A DNA stretch of 41,058 bases from Candidatus Eiseniibacteriota bacterium. GTDB lineage: Bacteria; Eisenbacteria; RBG-16-71-46. The notes beneath the pieces were generated by a model. The model saw only the letters and a program-made list of their open reading frames with translations. It was not told where the DNA came from and did not search any database. Below are positions 31,401 through 40,518 of the stretch, piece by piece. The DNA lies in NCBI GenBank assembly GCA_903921835.1, contig CAIXRL010000296.1, forward strand, positions 1 through 41,058, in the 5' to 3' direction. Made by a program: the position numbers and the translations under genes. How positions within the stretch are numbered: position 1 is the stretch's first letter; the number at the start of each line of letters is the position of its first letter.

Positions 31401-32406
31401 GTCGACGCCGATGGCGGAGAAGATGCTCGGCGTTCAGGCGACGATCGACAAGGCCCCGGTGGCGTTCGAGGCGCTCGCGTCGGTGCAACAGATGTGGACG
31501 GGCTTCAACCAGGCCAACATGATGACGAAGGACCTGGCGTTCACGATGGCCGACGACATCACCGAGCAGTTCGATCGGATCTCGGCCTCGGGCGGAAACA
31601 TCGCCACAGCGATGGCGCTGAATCAGCCGGTCCTCCAGCAGATGTGGGAGGCACAGCAGAAGTTCGGGATGTACACCGACGAGGGCACGGTGGCGCTGTT
31701 GAACCAGGCGGAAACCGCGGGGCTGGTCGGAGAGAACCAGAGGTCGGTTGACCAGCAGATCCTGGACGTGCTGACGCAGATCCGCGACATCTTCGGGGGA
31801 AGTAACGGCGTCACGGCTGGCGCGACCGGGTTCACGTCGGCGCTCGAGGCCGCCAAGGCCAAGGCGCAAGGCCTGCATGACGAGTTGGCGAAGGTCCCGA
31901 CCGAGATGGACTTCACGGTCACGCGCACCATCGTCGACAAGCCGGGGCGGACGTACGACGAGGACGGTAACCCACTCACGATGCACCTCGGCGGCATCGT
32001 CTCTCGGATGCACCAGGGAGGCGTGGTCTGGCCTGGCGGCGCGGCGATCGCGCGGGCGCACACGGGGATGCTGGTCGGCCCCTCGGCCCTCGCCGCCAAC
32101 GAGGTCCCCCTCATCGGCCAGGTCGGCGAGGTGATGCTCTCGCGGAACGTCGGCGTGCCGAACGCCGCGGCCATGGTGGACATGCTCAATCGCGGGCGGC
32201 TCTCGGCACGCGACGATGCGGCGCGTTCCACGGCGCCCCCGCAGGTCACCATCCACCATTACGAGATCAAGGCCATCGACACCCAGGGCGTCAAACAGTT
32301 CTTCGAGAACGGCGGCGTGCGAGCCCACGCAGAGGCGGTGCGCGTGAACGCCGGCCACCAGAACGATTACCTCCGCAAGGTCCTGAAGCAGCTCGTGAAG
32401 GATTAG
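28453..32406 (+). CDS. Tail tape measure protein (1317 aa)
   Basis: ATG at 28453 lies within listed ORF 28390..32406. The protein is long, A/G/Q-rich and helical, and its position is right. Confidence 0.9.
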   Translation: MSPISLERAVLELATDSAKFNTELDKAKQRVADLEGKFASASQRAEGFGSVIKTAAGTFSGFLGAQAVLSGVGSAFSAIGSAAITMNSNLGRSTLQFTTLMGSSDQAKSQVKDLFEIDKKTPFETGPIIEASKALQTFGGSALNTKENIIEIGDAAAATGAPINELGFWTGRLYSALKSGQPFGEAAMRMQELGVMSPQVRQQMEAMQKAGKSADEIFAVFSKDLEKFSGAMEVQARTWEGATSTFSDSANMMAAEAFKPLFEVLKDSLNEINDWLGSDQAQGLITWFAETVGGAVDKANGALSGFGDWLKENDVPNTLVASWTLAAEGIKGPTASIVADINAMWVAMSRQLGEKGNLGIADALKAALLDWVGQQAAAVTLISDNVNDFRARQLGSNTPNIPGAPSLFVPQGGLQIPTSPIGADLINGEGFGTATKTALTTGQKSAEDAHKKAIDELAHATDTLTEAQQAQILSDLALGLSESQIADAIKLHDSTVKHFIETVKERKKAEDEQQKDSVAWNEAYIETVAHIHDSQAKYLRELAADRVKAAESIKNATDKTNLDQLTAVNHFAAELEKSSMSTTNYQILQNTRAHDSAIRDLRDVTNLSKPEFDRRKKILDDYFAHEGKLITDSHKDWVDALSGLGNSFRLLAQSAGEGGLGSVAQALANIVGGMELATTAGINFKKALDTKDTEVKVVGVAGAVIQLAAAMSQATNNTNKLQAALGGAATGYAAGIGAGLSKASSGIVGAMLAIKSYFDAYEAQGEQARQTAESIRKAWQLLTGDLSNLTAGAGGGAIQGLDLLGSTVGKGAQDLIDKLTRAGSAWADKIIDLQSKINLGTISLDDYKFAVAQINAELDKFQAQLDGVGIAIQGVDARSAAFVSPFQKSLDDIADLRKQLAELPTDIEGLAAADALTKQLTQKSDALKDWAAHAQPEFDRLSVYIAGALGAGIAKGLSPIELMKQLKPAFDALKTGTGEMGLSSTPMAEKMLGVQATIDKAPVAFEALASVQQMWTGFNQANMMTKDLAFTMADDITEQFDRISASGGNIATAMALNQPVLQQMWEAQQKFGMYTDEGTVALLNQAETAGLVGENQRSVDQQILDVLTQIRDIFGGSNGVTAGATGFTSALEAAKAKAQGLHDELAKVPTEMDFTVTRTIVDKPGRTYDEDGNPLTMHLGGIVSRMHQGGVVWPGGAAIARAHTGMLVGPSALAANEVPLIGQVGEVMLSRNVGVPNAAAMVDMLNRGRLSARDDAARSTAPPQVTIHHYEIKAIDTQGVKQFFENGGVRAHAEAVRVNAGHQNDYLRKVLKQLVKD

Positions 32407-32409
32407 ACC

Positions 32410-33258
32410 ATGTCTTCCGCGGATTGCCTCTACTGCCGTCCCTCGGATCTCGTGACGAGCCACGCGACGTGGTCGGTGGCGTCTGGCACGCTGTCGACCG
32501 ATCCCAGCTACAACCTGACGGCGCTGGTCGCGCACAACCCGGCGCTGCCCTGCAAGTTTACGGATGCCTCGCCAACGGCCGTCGCGATCGTTGGCGACTT
32601 CGGCGCGGCGCATCGCGTGGACGGCCTGTTGATCCCGCATCACAACTTCGCCACGTCGGCAGCCGTGCTGTTCCAGATGAACGCGACGAACGTCTGGACC
32701 GCGCCGTCGCTGAGCGCTCCGCTGACGGTCTCGGCGGCCCGTCCAGGCTCGCCAGGCCACTCGCGCAGCCCCTGGCTGGACCTCCGCACCGTCGCCGGCT
32801 ACGCGACCGCCGGCTACCGGTACTGCCGGATCTATATCCCGGCGCAGACCATGGCGCCGCAGCTCGCCGGCTTCGCCCTGGTCGGCCTCTGGCGGACGTT
32901 CGACGGCGTCGTCGAGCAGAACGCCGAGCTCTCGCACAACCGCTCCTGGGTGCAGTCGCTGACGACGGCGGCCGGCGTCAAGTCGTTTTACGAACGGAAT
33001 GTCGTGCAGCGCACGCTGGCCGGGAAGCTGTTCTGCTTCGGCACCGACTGGCAAGACTGGCGCGACCTGTCGGATGACGCCGGCGGGCCGGTGCGCCCGT
33101 TCCCGTTCATCCTGGACGACTCGATCGTGGACGATGGCGGCCTGCTGATGCGCCTGAGCGACGAGACGGCCGGCGCGCTGAAACTCACTGCGCTGTCGAA
33201 CACCAATGGGACCTTCGCGTTCACGCTGGACGAAGCTGGTCGCGGCCTGCCGCTGTAG
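32410..33258 (+). CDS. Minor/distal tail protein
   Basis: It is the first gene after the tape measure gene (282 aa). No enzymatic motif. Confidence 0.6.
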   Translation: MSSADCLYCRPSDLVTSHATWSVASGTLSTDPSYNLTALVAHNPALPCKFTDASPTAVAIVGDFGAAHRVDGLLIPHHNFATSAAVLFQMNATNVWTAPSLSAPLTVSAARPGSPGHSRSPWLDLRTVAGYATAGYRYCRIYIPAQTMAPQLAGFALVGLWRTFDGVVEQNAELSHNRSWVQSLTTAAGVKSFYERNVVQRTLAGKLFCFGTDWQDWRDLSDDAGGPVRPFPFILDDSIVDDGGLLMRLSDETAGALKLTALSNTNGTFAFTLDEAGRGLPL

Positions 33259-33270
33259 GGGGAGACGCTC

Positions 33271-34293
33271 ATGATCGTCTGGATGGATAGCTGCCAACGG
33301 CTGCGGACGGATGCGTTGGCGAGTCAACGATATGGCACTGCCAGCGCCGCGTGGACGGCCACGGGCGGGCGCAATAACGGTCCTCGGATAACGGTGGGCG
33401 TCGGGTTCTACGCCGCGCTGGTCGTGCCCCTGCACCCGCCGCCGTCAGGGTCAACCTTCCTGCTCGGGTGCCGCTTGTGCAGCAAGCCGAACACATATCC
33501 GGGCTGGGTGGGACCGACGTGGGAAGGCGCCGCGCAGGTCGGACTCGAGATCGCGGCCGACGGCACGTTGTCGATCAGGGTGGGCCCCACCGGAACCGTG
33601 TTGGCCAGCGCCTATGCGGCCTACGACGGAGAGGTGCGCTACCTGTCCTTTGAGATGGGGGTCGACGCCTCGGCCGGGTACACGCGGGTGTATCTCGACG
33701 GCGTGGCCATTGACTATCTGTGCCTCGACGATCTCGACACGCGGCCCCAGGTGGGCGGTCTGTGGGATGGATTCTATGTCGGGGGATCGTGGGGGCCGAG
33801 TTTTTGCGATCTGCTCGTCGCCGACGGGACAGACCCGTCCGGTGCGGGTCACGACCTCCACGACATCTGGATGGACGCGCGGGTGGATTACCTGCCCGTG
33901 AACGGCAACGGCTATAGCAGCGAGTTCGTCGGGGAAGACGCGGACTCGGTGAACAACTTCGCGCAGGTGGACGAGACGTCCCCGGACGACGACACGACCT
34001 ACGTCGAGTCCGGCGTTCCGGCCATCGACGGGTACGCCAAGGCGGCGTGTCCGGCCGGCACGGCGACGGTCCTCGGCGCGGCGGTGTATGCGAGGGGGAA
34101 GAAGACGGATGCGGGCGTGGCGGCGGCCAAGGTCGGCCTGCGCTCTGGCAGCACGAACGAGATGAGCGACGCCCAGGCGCTGGCGGTCCATTATGCCGAC
34201 GCGTACCTACACGTCGGCCACGACCCGGATGATGGCGCCGCGTTCACCCCGTCCTCGTTCGACGCGATGGAAGTCGTGGTGGAGAAGGCCTAG
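33271..34293 (+). CDS. Tail protein with a probable concanavalin/LamG-like beta-sandwich
   Basis: Called from position. It has a beta-rich N-terminal half (GTLSIRVGPTG...VRYLSFEM...YTRVYLDGV). Motif-level call only. Confidence 0.5.
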   Translation: MIVWMDSCQRLRTDALASQRYGTASAAWTATGGRNNGPRITVGVGFYAALVVPLHPPPSGSTFLLGCRLCSKPNTYPGWVGPTWEGAAQVGLEIAADGTLSIRVGPTGTVLASAYAAYDGEVRYLSFEMGVDASAGYTRVYLDGVAIDYLCLDDLDTRPQVGGLWDGFYVGGSWGPSFCDLLVADGTDPSGAGHDLHDIWMDARVDYLPVNGNGYSSEFVGEDADSVNNFAQVDETSPDDDTTYVESGVPAIDGYAKAACPAGTATVLGAAVYARGKKTDAGVAAAKVGLRSGSTNEMSDAQALAVHYADAYLHVGHDPDDGAAFTPSSFDAMEVVVEKA

Positions 34294-37200
34294 ATGAGTG
34301 CTCACGCCTACTGGCGCCTGCTGGTGACGGCCACCTCGGGGGGAGGTGGCAGCAGCGCCGCCGTATGCGAACTGGAGATGTTCGATACGAGCGGGGCGGC
34401 GCTGTGCAGCGGCGGCACGCCGAGTGCCTCGTCGTACTACGGGGACGTGAACACGTACGGCCCGGCGAAGGCGTTTGACGGCAACCTAGTCGGGACGGAC
34501 GGATCGTTCTGGTCGTCGAACGGCATGGGTGGCGGCGGCGAGTGGGTAGCCTACCAATTCGCGAGCGCCGTGGATGTGGCATCGTTCCGTCTCACGGGCC
34601 GGGTCGGGTATACCCTCCAGTACCCCACTGTGTTCAAGCTGCAGTACAGCGACGACGGAACAATCTGGACGGATGCGACAGGTTCGTTGTCCGCGACGTG
34701 GGATGAGTACGCAAGACGACGGTGCTCGTTTCCAGTTGGATCTCCCGCGTCGGGACTGTACTGCATGTGGCGCGTGCGTGCGCTGTCCACACAGTCCGGG
34801 ACCACACCGTCTTGTGCCAAGCTGGAGTTGAGGTCGGCGATGGGCGGGTCGGACCAAACCGATGCCACGAACGGTATCGCTGACTCGTTGTGGGGCACTC
34901 AGTATCCGTCTCTCGCTTTCGACGCCGACGCGTCGACGTTGTGGAACTGCAACGTCACCAACGTGGGCTGGCTCGGCTTTGCATTTAGCACGCCGCTGTC
35001 GATAGTCGAAGCGACCTGGACCGTACGGAACGACGCGTACTACACCCAAGGGCCGTCCTCGTGCGTGCTGGAGGCGAGCAACGACGGCGGTGCGACGTGG
35101 ACGCAGATCGGAAACACACTATCACCCGCGACCTGGGCTCAGGGGGCCACGCAGACTCTGACCTTCGTGGGCGCGACGAATGAAGCCCCCGTCGTCGAGG
35201 CCGGGCCCGACCAGACCGTCACCCTTCTAACCACCGCCACCGCCACGCTCGCCGGGAGCGCCACCGATGATGGCCTCCCCGATCCGCCTGCCGCGCTGAC
35301 ATATCTCTGGACGGTGGTCTCCAGCCCCGGCGGCAGTACGGTCACATTCACCGATGACACCGATCCCGAGACCGATGTCGAGTTCGATACGCTCGGTGAG
35401 TACGTCCTCCGGCTCACCGCCGACGACGGCGAACTAACCGGCGATGACGATGTCACGATTACGGTCGCGGCACCGCCCCCCGCCCGGTTCACCCAGGTCG
35501 GCGCAGACATCGCCTGGCAGACCGCGATCGCGGCCCGGTTCACGCAGGTCGGCGTCGAGGTGGCCTATATCGCCGATCCGTGCGAGGCCCCGCCAGATGG
35601 CGAAGACCTTACGACGGCCACGAGCGGACCGCTCCTGTTCTCAACCTACGATCCCCTCGGTACCGGCGCCCTGCAGGCGTATGACGAGGTCAGCGCGCCG
35701 GATGATGCGGACTACTACGGCGGGCGCAAATGGCCCTGGCTGATGTCTCTGGGGCCCGTCCGTCGCGCCCTGAGCGACCACAAGGGCAACTACGAGGTGG
35801 GCCGGTTCGACGTGTCCTTCGCCGACCCGGAGCGACGGCTGCGGCAACTGCTCGCGACGGCGCCGGGGAAATACACGCCGAGCCGGGAAGTCGCGGCGTA
35901 TCTGGTTAGCGACGCCGGGCGGCGCGCGAAGGTGACGCCGCACCTGGTCGCGTGGGGGCTGGTCGAAGGCAGCCCGAAATACAACTCAGATCTCTCCGTG
36001 GGCCTGTCCTGCCGCGACGTCATCGGCGGCGGGAATCGGGGATGGGGCCTGGACGGAGAGGCGCTGATCCCGAAGAGGCTGATTGCGGCGCCTGAGTTCC
36101 CCGAGGCCAGGCCAGAGGTGCAGACGCTCGGCGTGCCGTTCCCGCTCGGGATTCTGGGCGACGCCGGCAGCGCGACCGGGGCGCCGACGCTGACCGGGAA
36201 CACCGACAAGGATCGGGGCTACATCGCCGACATTTCGGGCGATGCGGCGGGTTGGGGCGACTTGCCCGCGTCACCCGCGCCCCCGACGAATCTCGTGCTG
36301 ACCGAGACGGCCAACGCGCTGGCTGACATGGGCACGGACGCGCACTCGGCGGTGCGGTTCTTCGTTCAGGTGTTCCCCTTCGACGTGAACGGCGTCATGG
36401 GCAACCCCTTGCCGTTCGTCTCATGGGACGCCGGCGCGGACATCACGCTGTCTGGACGGGCCTATCAGCTCGATGCCTCGTGGGACGCCTCGCCTGACGC
36501 GGTGAAGTACCGCGCGGTGCTCGGCGGCTCCTGGTACGGCGTCGGCTACAACCAGTACATCGAGACGAGCGGCACGAGCTGCACCTTCACGAAGTCTCCC
36601 GATTGGGTGCCTGAGCTGATCGTGACCCCGTCGATGATCACGCCGGGCGCGCAGGTCATTCCCGATTGGGGCGATGGCCCGGTCTACTACGGGGTCGCGG
36701 CGATCATGGCTGACGGCGACACCGCGATCACCACGCACGGCTACCAGGGCCAAGGGTCACCGTTCCGCCGTCCACGCCGCGTCGAGTGGGAAGCGGTCGC
36801 CCTGTCGCTCGGCTACCGCGTCTACCGCAGGGGGCCAATCGGCACCTGGACCAGGCAGTGGGACGTCGCGGCGGGCGTGCTCATGTTGGACGATCCGCTG
36901 GACGATTCGACGGGCGTGATCATCGCCGGGGTCTCGCCGCCAAAGGGATCGGTCGCGCCGATCTACGTGGGCGACGTGACGATTGACGGCCAGACCTGGC
37001 GCGAGCTGCTCGTAGCCGGGTGCGCGATCAGCGACATCACGTCGTGGGCCTACGACGACGGATCGACGGTGACCTGGGACAGCGGCGCGGGGACCGATTT
37101 CCTCATTCCCGGCGCCGCCGGGTGGGCGGATCGGTTTGGCGCCCCCTACCGCGATCTCGTCGGCGCGGACGGCGTGACCAGGCGGCGCACGGTCATCTAC

Positions 37201-38103
37201 GCGCGCGGCCCGCTTGGGGATGCGATCGCGGCCGGGACCGCCACGCTGCGCGTCAATCTCGATGGCGTCGAGGACGTGGGCAACGGCACCGGAGTGGTCC
37301 TGACCGACCTGTACGACCAGGCCATTTGGCTCCTCGAGCAACTCGTGCTCCAGAACTATCTGACGGGCGACTGGACGTGCCCGCCGACCTTTCCCGGCAC
37401 GAGCGTGTGCCAGATCAACCGATCCTCCTTCCGCGCGGTCGGCGCGCAGCGGCGGCTGGAGATTGCCGGCGGCTACGTCGGCGCGTGGGTGGTTGGCGCG
37501 GAAGGCGAGCGCGTGAGCGCCCAGCAGTGGATTCAGCGGATCTGCCAGAGCGGGCAATTCCGCATCGGGCCGAATCGCTTCTGGCAGATCAAGGCGTGGG
37601 CGCTCAATGCGGCGCTCGTGACGGCCATGCTCCCGCACGTCCGTGAGTTCCACGCCGTCGACAAGGACTCGGGCGATCCGGTCCCTCACCCTGACCACCT
37701 GGCGAACGTGCTGCCCTATACCTTCGGTCCGCCGCTCGACTCAGGCACGGATTGGCTGGGCAGCGCGGAACTGAAAGACGCCGCGTCGATCACCGCCTAC
37801 GGCCAGGAGTATCCCGGCGACCAGCTCTCGCTCTACTGCCTCCGGTCGCAGGCGCTCGCCGCGCACGCCGCCGGCCAGGCGATGCTCTACTCGCGGCTCA
37901 TCCCGCACACGATCGAGCCGGTGGGCGATCTGCGGTTCACAGCGCTGGACCTCGGCGACGCGTTTCTCTACGACCACTACCGCGGCCTCGGAAGCGACGG
38001 CTACAGCGAGCGGCCGTTCGTCGTGATCGGGTGGACGTTTCTGTCGCCACAGCGGCAGATTCAGCCCGAATGTTTGGACCTGGGGGACATCCTGACCCCC
38101 TAA
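34294..38103 (+). CDS. Host-specificity/central tail fibre protein (gpJ/GTA-type) with two N-terminal discoidin (F5/8 type C)-like domains and a PKD-like domain
   Basis: AKAFDGNLVGTDGSFWSSN...YSDDGTIWTD and AFDADASTLWNC...SNDGGATWTQ are discoidin-like. APVVEAGPDQTVTL...LTYLWTVVSSPGG...LRLTADDGELTGDDDVTITV is PKD-like. The remaining ~850 aa form a large tail-tip domain. Confidence 0.85.
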   Translation: MSAHAYWRLLVTATSGGGGSSAAVCELEMFDTSGAALCSGGTPSASSYYGDVNTYGPAKAFDGNLVGTDGSFWSSNGMGGGGEWVAYQFASAVDVASFRLTGRVGYTLQYPTVFKLQYSDDGTIWTDATGSLSATWDEYARRRCSFPVGSPASGLYCMWRVRALSTQSGTTPSCAKLELRSAMGGSDQTDATNGIADSLWGTQYPSLAFDADASTLWNCNVTNVGWLGFAFSTPLSIVEATWTVRNDAYYTQGPSSCVLEASNDGGATWTQIGNTLSPATWAQGATQTLTFVGATNEAPVVEAGPDQTVTLLTTATATLAGSATDDGLPDPPAALTYLWTVVSSPGGSTVTFTDDTDPETDVEFDTLGEYVLRLTADDGELTGDDDVTITVAAPPPARFTQVGADIAWQTAIAARFTQVGVEVAYIADPCEAPPDGEDLTTATSGPLLFSTYDPLGTGALQAYDEVSAPDDADYYGGRKWPWLMSLGPVRRALSDHKGNYEVGRFDVSFADPERRLRQLLATAPGKYTPSREVAAYLVSDAGRRAKVTPHLVAWGLVEGSPKYNSDLSVGLSCRDVIGGGNRGWGLDGEALIPKRLIAAPEFPEARPEVQTLGVPFPLGILGDAGSATGAPTLTGNTDKDRGYIADISGDAAGWGDLPASPAPPTNLVLTETANALADMGTDAHSAVRFFVQVFPFDVNGVMGNPLPFVSWDAGADITLSGRAYQLDASWDASPDAVKYRAVLGGSWYGVGYNQYIETSGTSCTFTKSPDWVPELIVTPSMITPGAQVIPDWGDGPVYYGVAAIMADGDTAITTHGYQGQGSPFRRPRRVEWEAVALSLGYRVYRRGPIGTWTRQWDVAAGVLMLDDPLDDSTGVIIAGVSPPKGSVAPIYVGDVTIDGQTWRELLVAGCAISDITSWAYDDGSTVTWDSGAGTDFLIPGAAGWADRFGAPYRDLVGADGVTRRRTVIYARGPLGDAIAAGTATLRVNLDGVEDVGNGTGVVLTDLYDQAIWLLEQLVLQNYLTGDWTCPPTFPGTSVCQINRSSFRAVGAQRRLEIAGGYVGAWVVGAEGERVSAQQWIQRICQSGQFRIGPNRFWQIKAWALNAALVTAMLPHVREFHAVDKDSGDPVPHPDHLANVLPYTFGPPLDSGTDWLGSAELKDAASITAYGQEYPGDQLSLYCLRSQALAAHAAGQAMLYSRLIPHTIEPVGDLRFTALDLGDAFLYDHYRGLGSDGYSERPFVVIGWTFLSPQRQIQPECLDLGDILTP

Positions 38104-38147
38104 CCTTTGGCCGGCTGCCCGGCGCAACCGACCGAGGAGAGATGACG

Positions 38148-38555
38148 ATGAGCCGCGTTGAAATCCTGCTCCGCAACCACCGCTGGGTGATCTTGATCGG
38201 CACGCTGGCGCTCCTGGCGGTCAACGCCTCGGCGCAGGGGTCCGTGCCGGTCCCGCAGGTCACGACGACGGGCGCGGTTGAGGGCGAGTTCGTGAAGTGG
38301 GCGCTGACGCAGGGCGGCCTCACCGTCGTCGTGCTCGTGCTGTTCTGGAGCTACCGGCGCGACACGGCGCGCATCATCTCCGAAGCGCACGACCGCAACG
38401 AAACGCTTCGCAGCATCATGCAGGAGGCGATCACCGCCATGTCCACGCACGCGGAAGCGGCGCGGAGCCAGGCGGCGAACTTCTCCCACCTGGCACGCAC
38501 GGTCGAGACCTGCGAGGCCGTGCGGCGCATGATGCGCGAGGGTGAGAGCGGGTAA
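38148..38555 (+). CDS. Membrane protein, holin candidate
   Basis: The RBS gaggaga precedes ATG at 38148. There are two hydrophobic segments (WVILIGTLALLAV and GLTVVVLVLFWSY) and a charged helical C-terminus. It lies directly upstream of the endolysin. Confidence 0.5.
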   Translation: MSRVEILLRNHRWVILIGTLALLAVNASAQGSVPVPQVTTTGAVEGEFVKWALTQGGLTVVVLVLFWSYRRDTARIISEAHDRNETLRSIMQEAITAMSTHAEAARSQAANFSHLARTVETCEAVRRMMREGESG

Positions 38556-38574
38556 CGCAGCCGAGAGCAGTGAC

Positions 38575-39111
38575 ATGACTGAAGCCGCGATCATCAACGG
38601 GATCCTCGACCGCGAGGGTGGCACCTACTCGAACCGCGTCAGCGACAAAGGCGGTCCCACGAAGTGGGGGGTGACGCTCCCGGTCCTGGCCGAGTTTCGT
38701 GGCGTGTCGGTGAAGATCGATCAGCTCAAGGCCCTGACCCGCGACGAAGGCTACGAGGTGTTCGAGCACCTCTTTATCCGCCAGTCCGGGTTCGAGCGGC
38801 TGGCCGATGAGGACGTCCGCGCGATGCTGTGCGATTGGGCGGTCAACACCTCCGTGGCCCGGGCCACCAGGTGGCTGCAGCGGGCGCTCGGCGTGGAGCC
38901 GGTGGACGGCCAGTGTGGGATGCAGACGGCGGCCGCGGCGAACGCGATCGATGGCCGGACGCTGCTGAAACGCCTCGGCCTGGCGAGGCAGGTGTTCTAC
39001 GTGCGGACGGCGCTGACCGACATTCCGGTGGAGACGATCAAGACGACCGACCTCGACAACCTCGAGGGCTGGCTGGATCGAAACTGGGCGGTGAGCGTCG
39101 ATCCGCTGTGA
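38575..39111 (+). CDS. Endolysin, glycoside hydrolase family 108 N-acetylmuramidase with a PG_binding_3-like domain
   Basis: GILDREGGTYSNRVSDKGGPTKWGVT (the EGG...D.GG.T.(Y/W)G motif) and RWLQRALGVEPVDGQCGMQT. Confidence 0.85.
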   Translation: MTEAAIINGILDREGGTYSNRVSDKGGPTKWGVTLPVLAEFRGVSVKIDQLKALTRDEGYEVFEHLFIRQSGFERLADEDVRAMLCDWAVNTSVARATRWLQRALGVEPVDGQCGMQTAAAANAIDGRTLLKRLGLARQVFYVRTALTDIPVETIKTTDLDNLEGWLDRNWAVSVDPL

Positions 39112-39141
39112 AGTGAGATATGGACCGTCAAGTACTGGCTC

Positions 39142-39312
39142 GTGCGATCCGGGGTCCTGACGAAAGATCAGGCTCTGAGGTATCACCTGGCGCAGCAGGT
39201 CGCGGAGAACGACAAGACGGCAGGGACGAAGTATTCCCTCGTGAACACCATCGTCACGCCGGCCGGGCGGAAGTACGAGCGGACCATTGTCATTCCGGTG
39301 AGGGAGCGATGA
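39142..39312 (+). CDS. Small hypothetical protein (56 aa), below the ORF-track cutoff
   Basis: This frame has about 80% third-position GC, whereas the listed ATG-39120 frame has low GC3 across the same bases. The stop overlaps ATG at 39309 (ATGA). The start is uncertain (GTG at 39142, no clear RBS). Confidence 0.4.
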   Translation: MRSGVLTKDQALRYHLAQQVAENDKTAGTKYSLVNTIVTPAGRKYERTIVIPVRER

Positions 39313-40508
39313 CCGAGCAAGAACGACTCGCGCAAGACATCCGGGAATGCGACGACGCCTACACAGCGCTGCTTGGGCGGGCACTCGTGGCCGAGCCGAA
39401 AGACTACGGCGGGCTGGCGAATGCCATCATGCGGCGCAAGACCGAGGACGCGCTGGCGTTCGAGGCGTGGGTCAAGGGCAGTGCGGAATACGCGGCGCTG
39501 CATCCGCCGACCCCGCCGGCACCGGAGCATGTCGATCCGTCAGGGATTCCGCTGACCCAGCTTGCGCGGATTCGAGGATCGATGTGGACGGCGCGCTGCA
39601 ACATCCCGTTCGGCCCGAGGCCCGGCAAGGATGACAACATCCTGGCGATGGACTATTACGAGCACTACGGCGCGGGTGACCGAAGCCTGATGCTCTCGAC
39701 CTACACCGGGCTCGGCTACACGCACGCCGTGACCGGCCCGCTGGTGGACCCGGACGGATACCACGGATCGTACCCGCTGACGCCGAACCTGCCGACGCCT
39801 GCCGAGTGGGACGCCTATCTGGACGCGATGCAGGAATGGTGGGACGCCGGGATCACGCCGATCCATTTCTGCCGTCCAGACGGCTGGTCGCTCGAACAGA
39901 TGGCCGCGCTCGAACCGTTCTACCTGCAGCCTCGGGCGCAGAAGCTGCTGCGGATCGTCGTGCCGTCAGGTTGGGAGCCGGCGAAATACGAGTGGTCGTC
40001 GCAGACGTGGGCCGAGTTCATGAAGTGGGGACGACGCATCTTCCCGAACGCGCTGATTCTGCTGCACACCGTGCCGGACGTGGACGCGCCAGTAGGTACG
40101 GACGCGAGAGGCGACGACAACGGCAAGCCGAACGCGGACGGGTGGAAGCGGGTCGCGCCGCATATTCACGGCTGGCTCGTGCAGTCCTCGGCGTTCGCTG
40201 AACCTGACGCGCACGGCGATACGAACCACCCGGAGAAGACGAACTTCGACAACTGGGCCGACCTCTTCGACTCTCGACAAGAGAAGTCGTACCCGAACCG
40301 GTTCCGCAACGGCTACGCGGGATGGCCCATGGGCAGTCTCTGGGGGGCTAACACGTCGATCAAGATCATCGCGGCAGAGTACGGATCGTGGTGGGCATTC
40401 TGGAAGAACCGGCCCCATTCCGAGGCGTGTGCGTGGGGAGATCGCGCGCTATCCGTTGGGGCTGACGGTGTGCTGGATGGATGCAGCCTGTCGGCTGTCA
40501 TCCCGTAA
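39309..40508 (+). CDS. Hypothetical 399-aa protein inside the lysis region (N-terminal DUF4214-like segment plus a large W/Y/P-rich domain)
   Basis: ATG at 39309 follows gagggag. GC3 rises sharply from this point in the listed 39120..40508 frame. No catalytic motif recognised. Confidence 0.65.
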   Translation: MTEQERLAQDIRECDDAYTALLGRALVAEPKDYGGLANAIMRRKTEDALAFEAWVKGSAEYAALHPPTPPAPEHVDPSGIPLTQLARIRGSMWTARCNIPFGPRPGKDDNILAMDYYEHYGAGDRSLMLSTYTGLGYTHAVTGPLVDPDGYHGSYPLTPNLPTPAEWDAYLDAMQEWWDAGITPIHFCRPDGWSLEQMAALEPFYLQPRAQKLLRIVVPSGWEPAKYEWSSQTWAEFMKWGRRIFPNALILLHTVPDVDAPVGTDARGDDNGKPNADGWKRVAPHIHGWLVQSSAFAEPDAHGDTNHPEKTNFDNWADLFDSRQEKSYPNRFRNGYAGWPMGSLWGANTSIKIIAAEYGSWWAFWKNRPHSEACAWGDRALSVGADGVLDGCSLSAVIP

Positions 40509-40518
40509 GGAGGATCGT

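Noticed and set aside
30859-33435. An 858-aa ORF on the minus strand, the longest minus-strand ORF.
   Set aside because: It is extremely Arg/Gly/Pro-rich with no motif. It lies antisense to the tape measure and minor tail genes, which have clear protein-like sequence. This is the typical shadow ORF of a GC-rich genome. The same reasoning applies to the other long minus-strand ORFs (for example 4390-5553, 28009-29505 and 36757-37698).
39120-39308. ATG 39120 as the start of the 462-aa listed ORF.
   Set aside because: Third-position GC is low in this frame up to about 39308. An alternative frame carries the coding signal, and a good RBS precedes ATG 39309.
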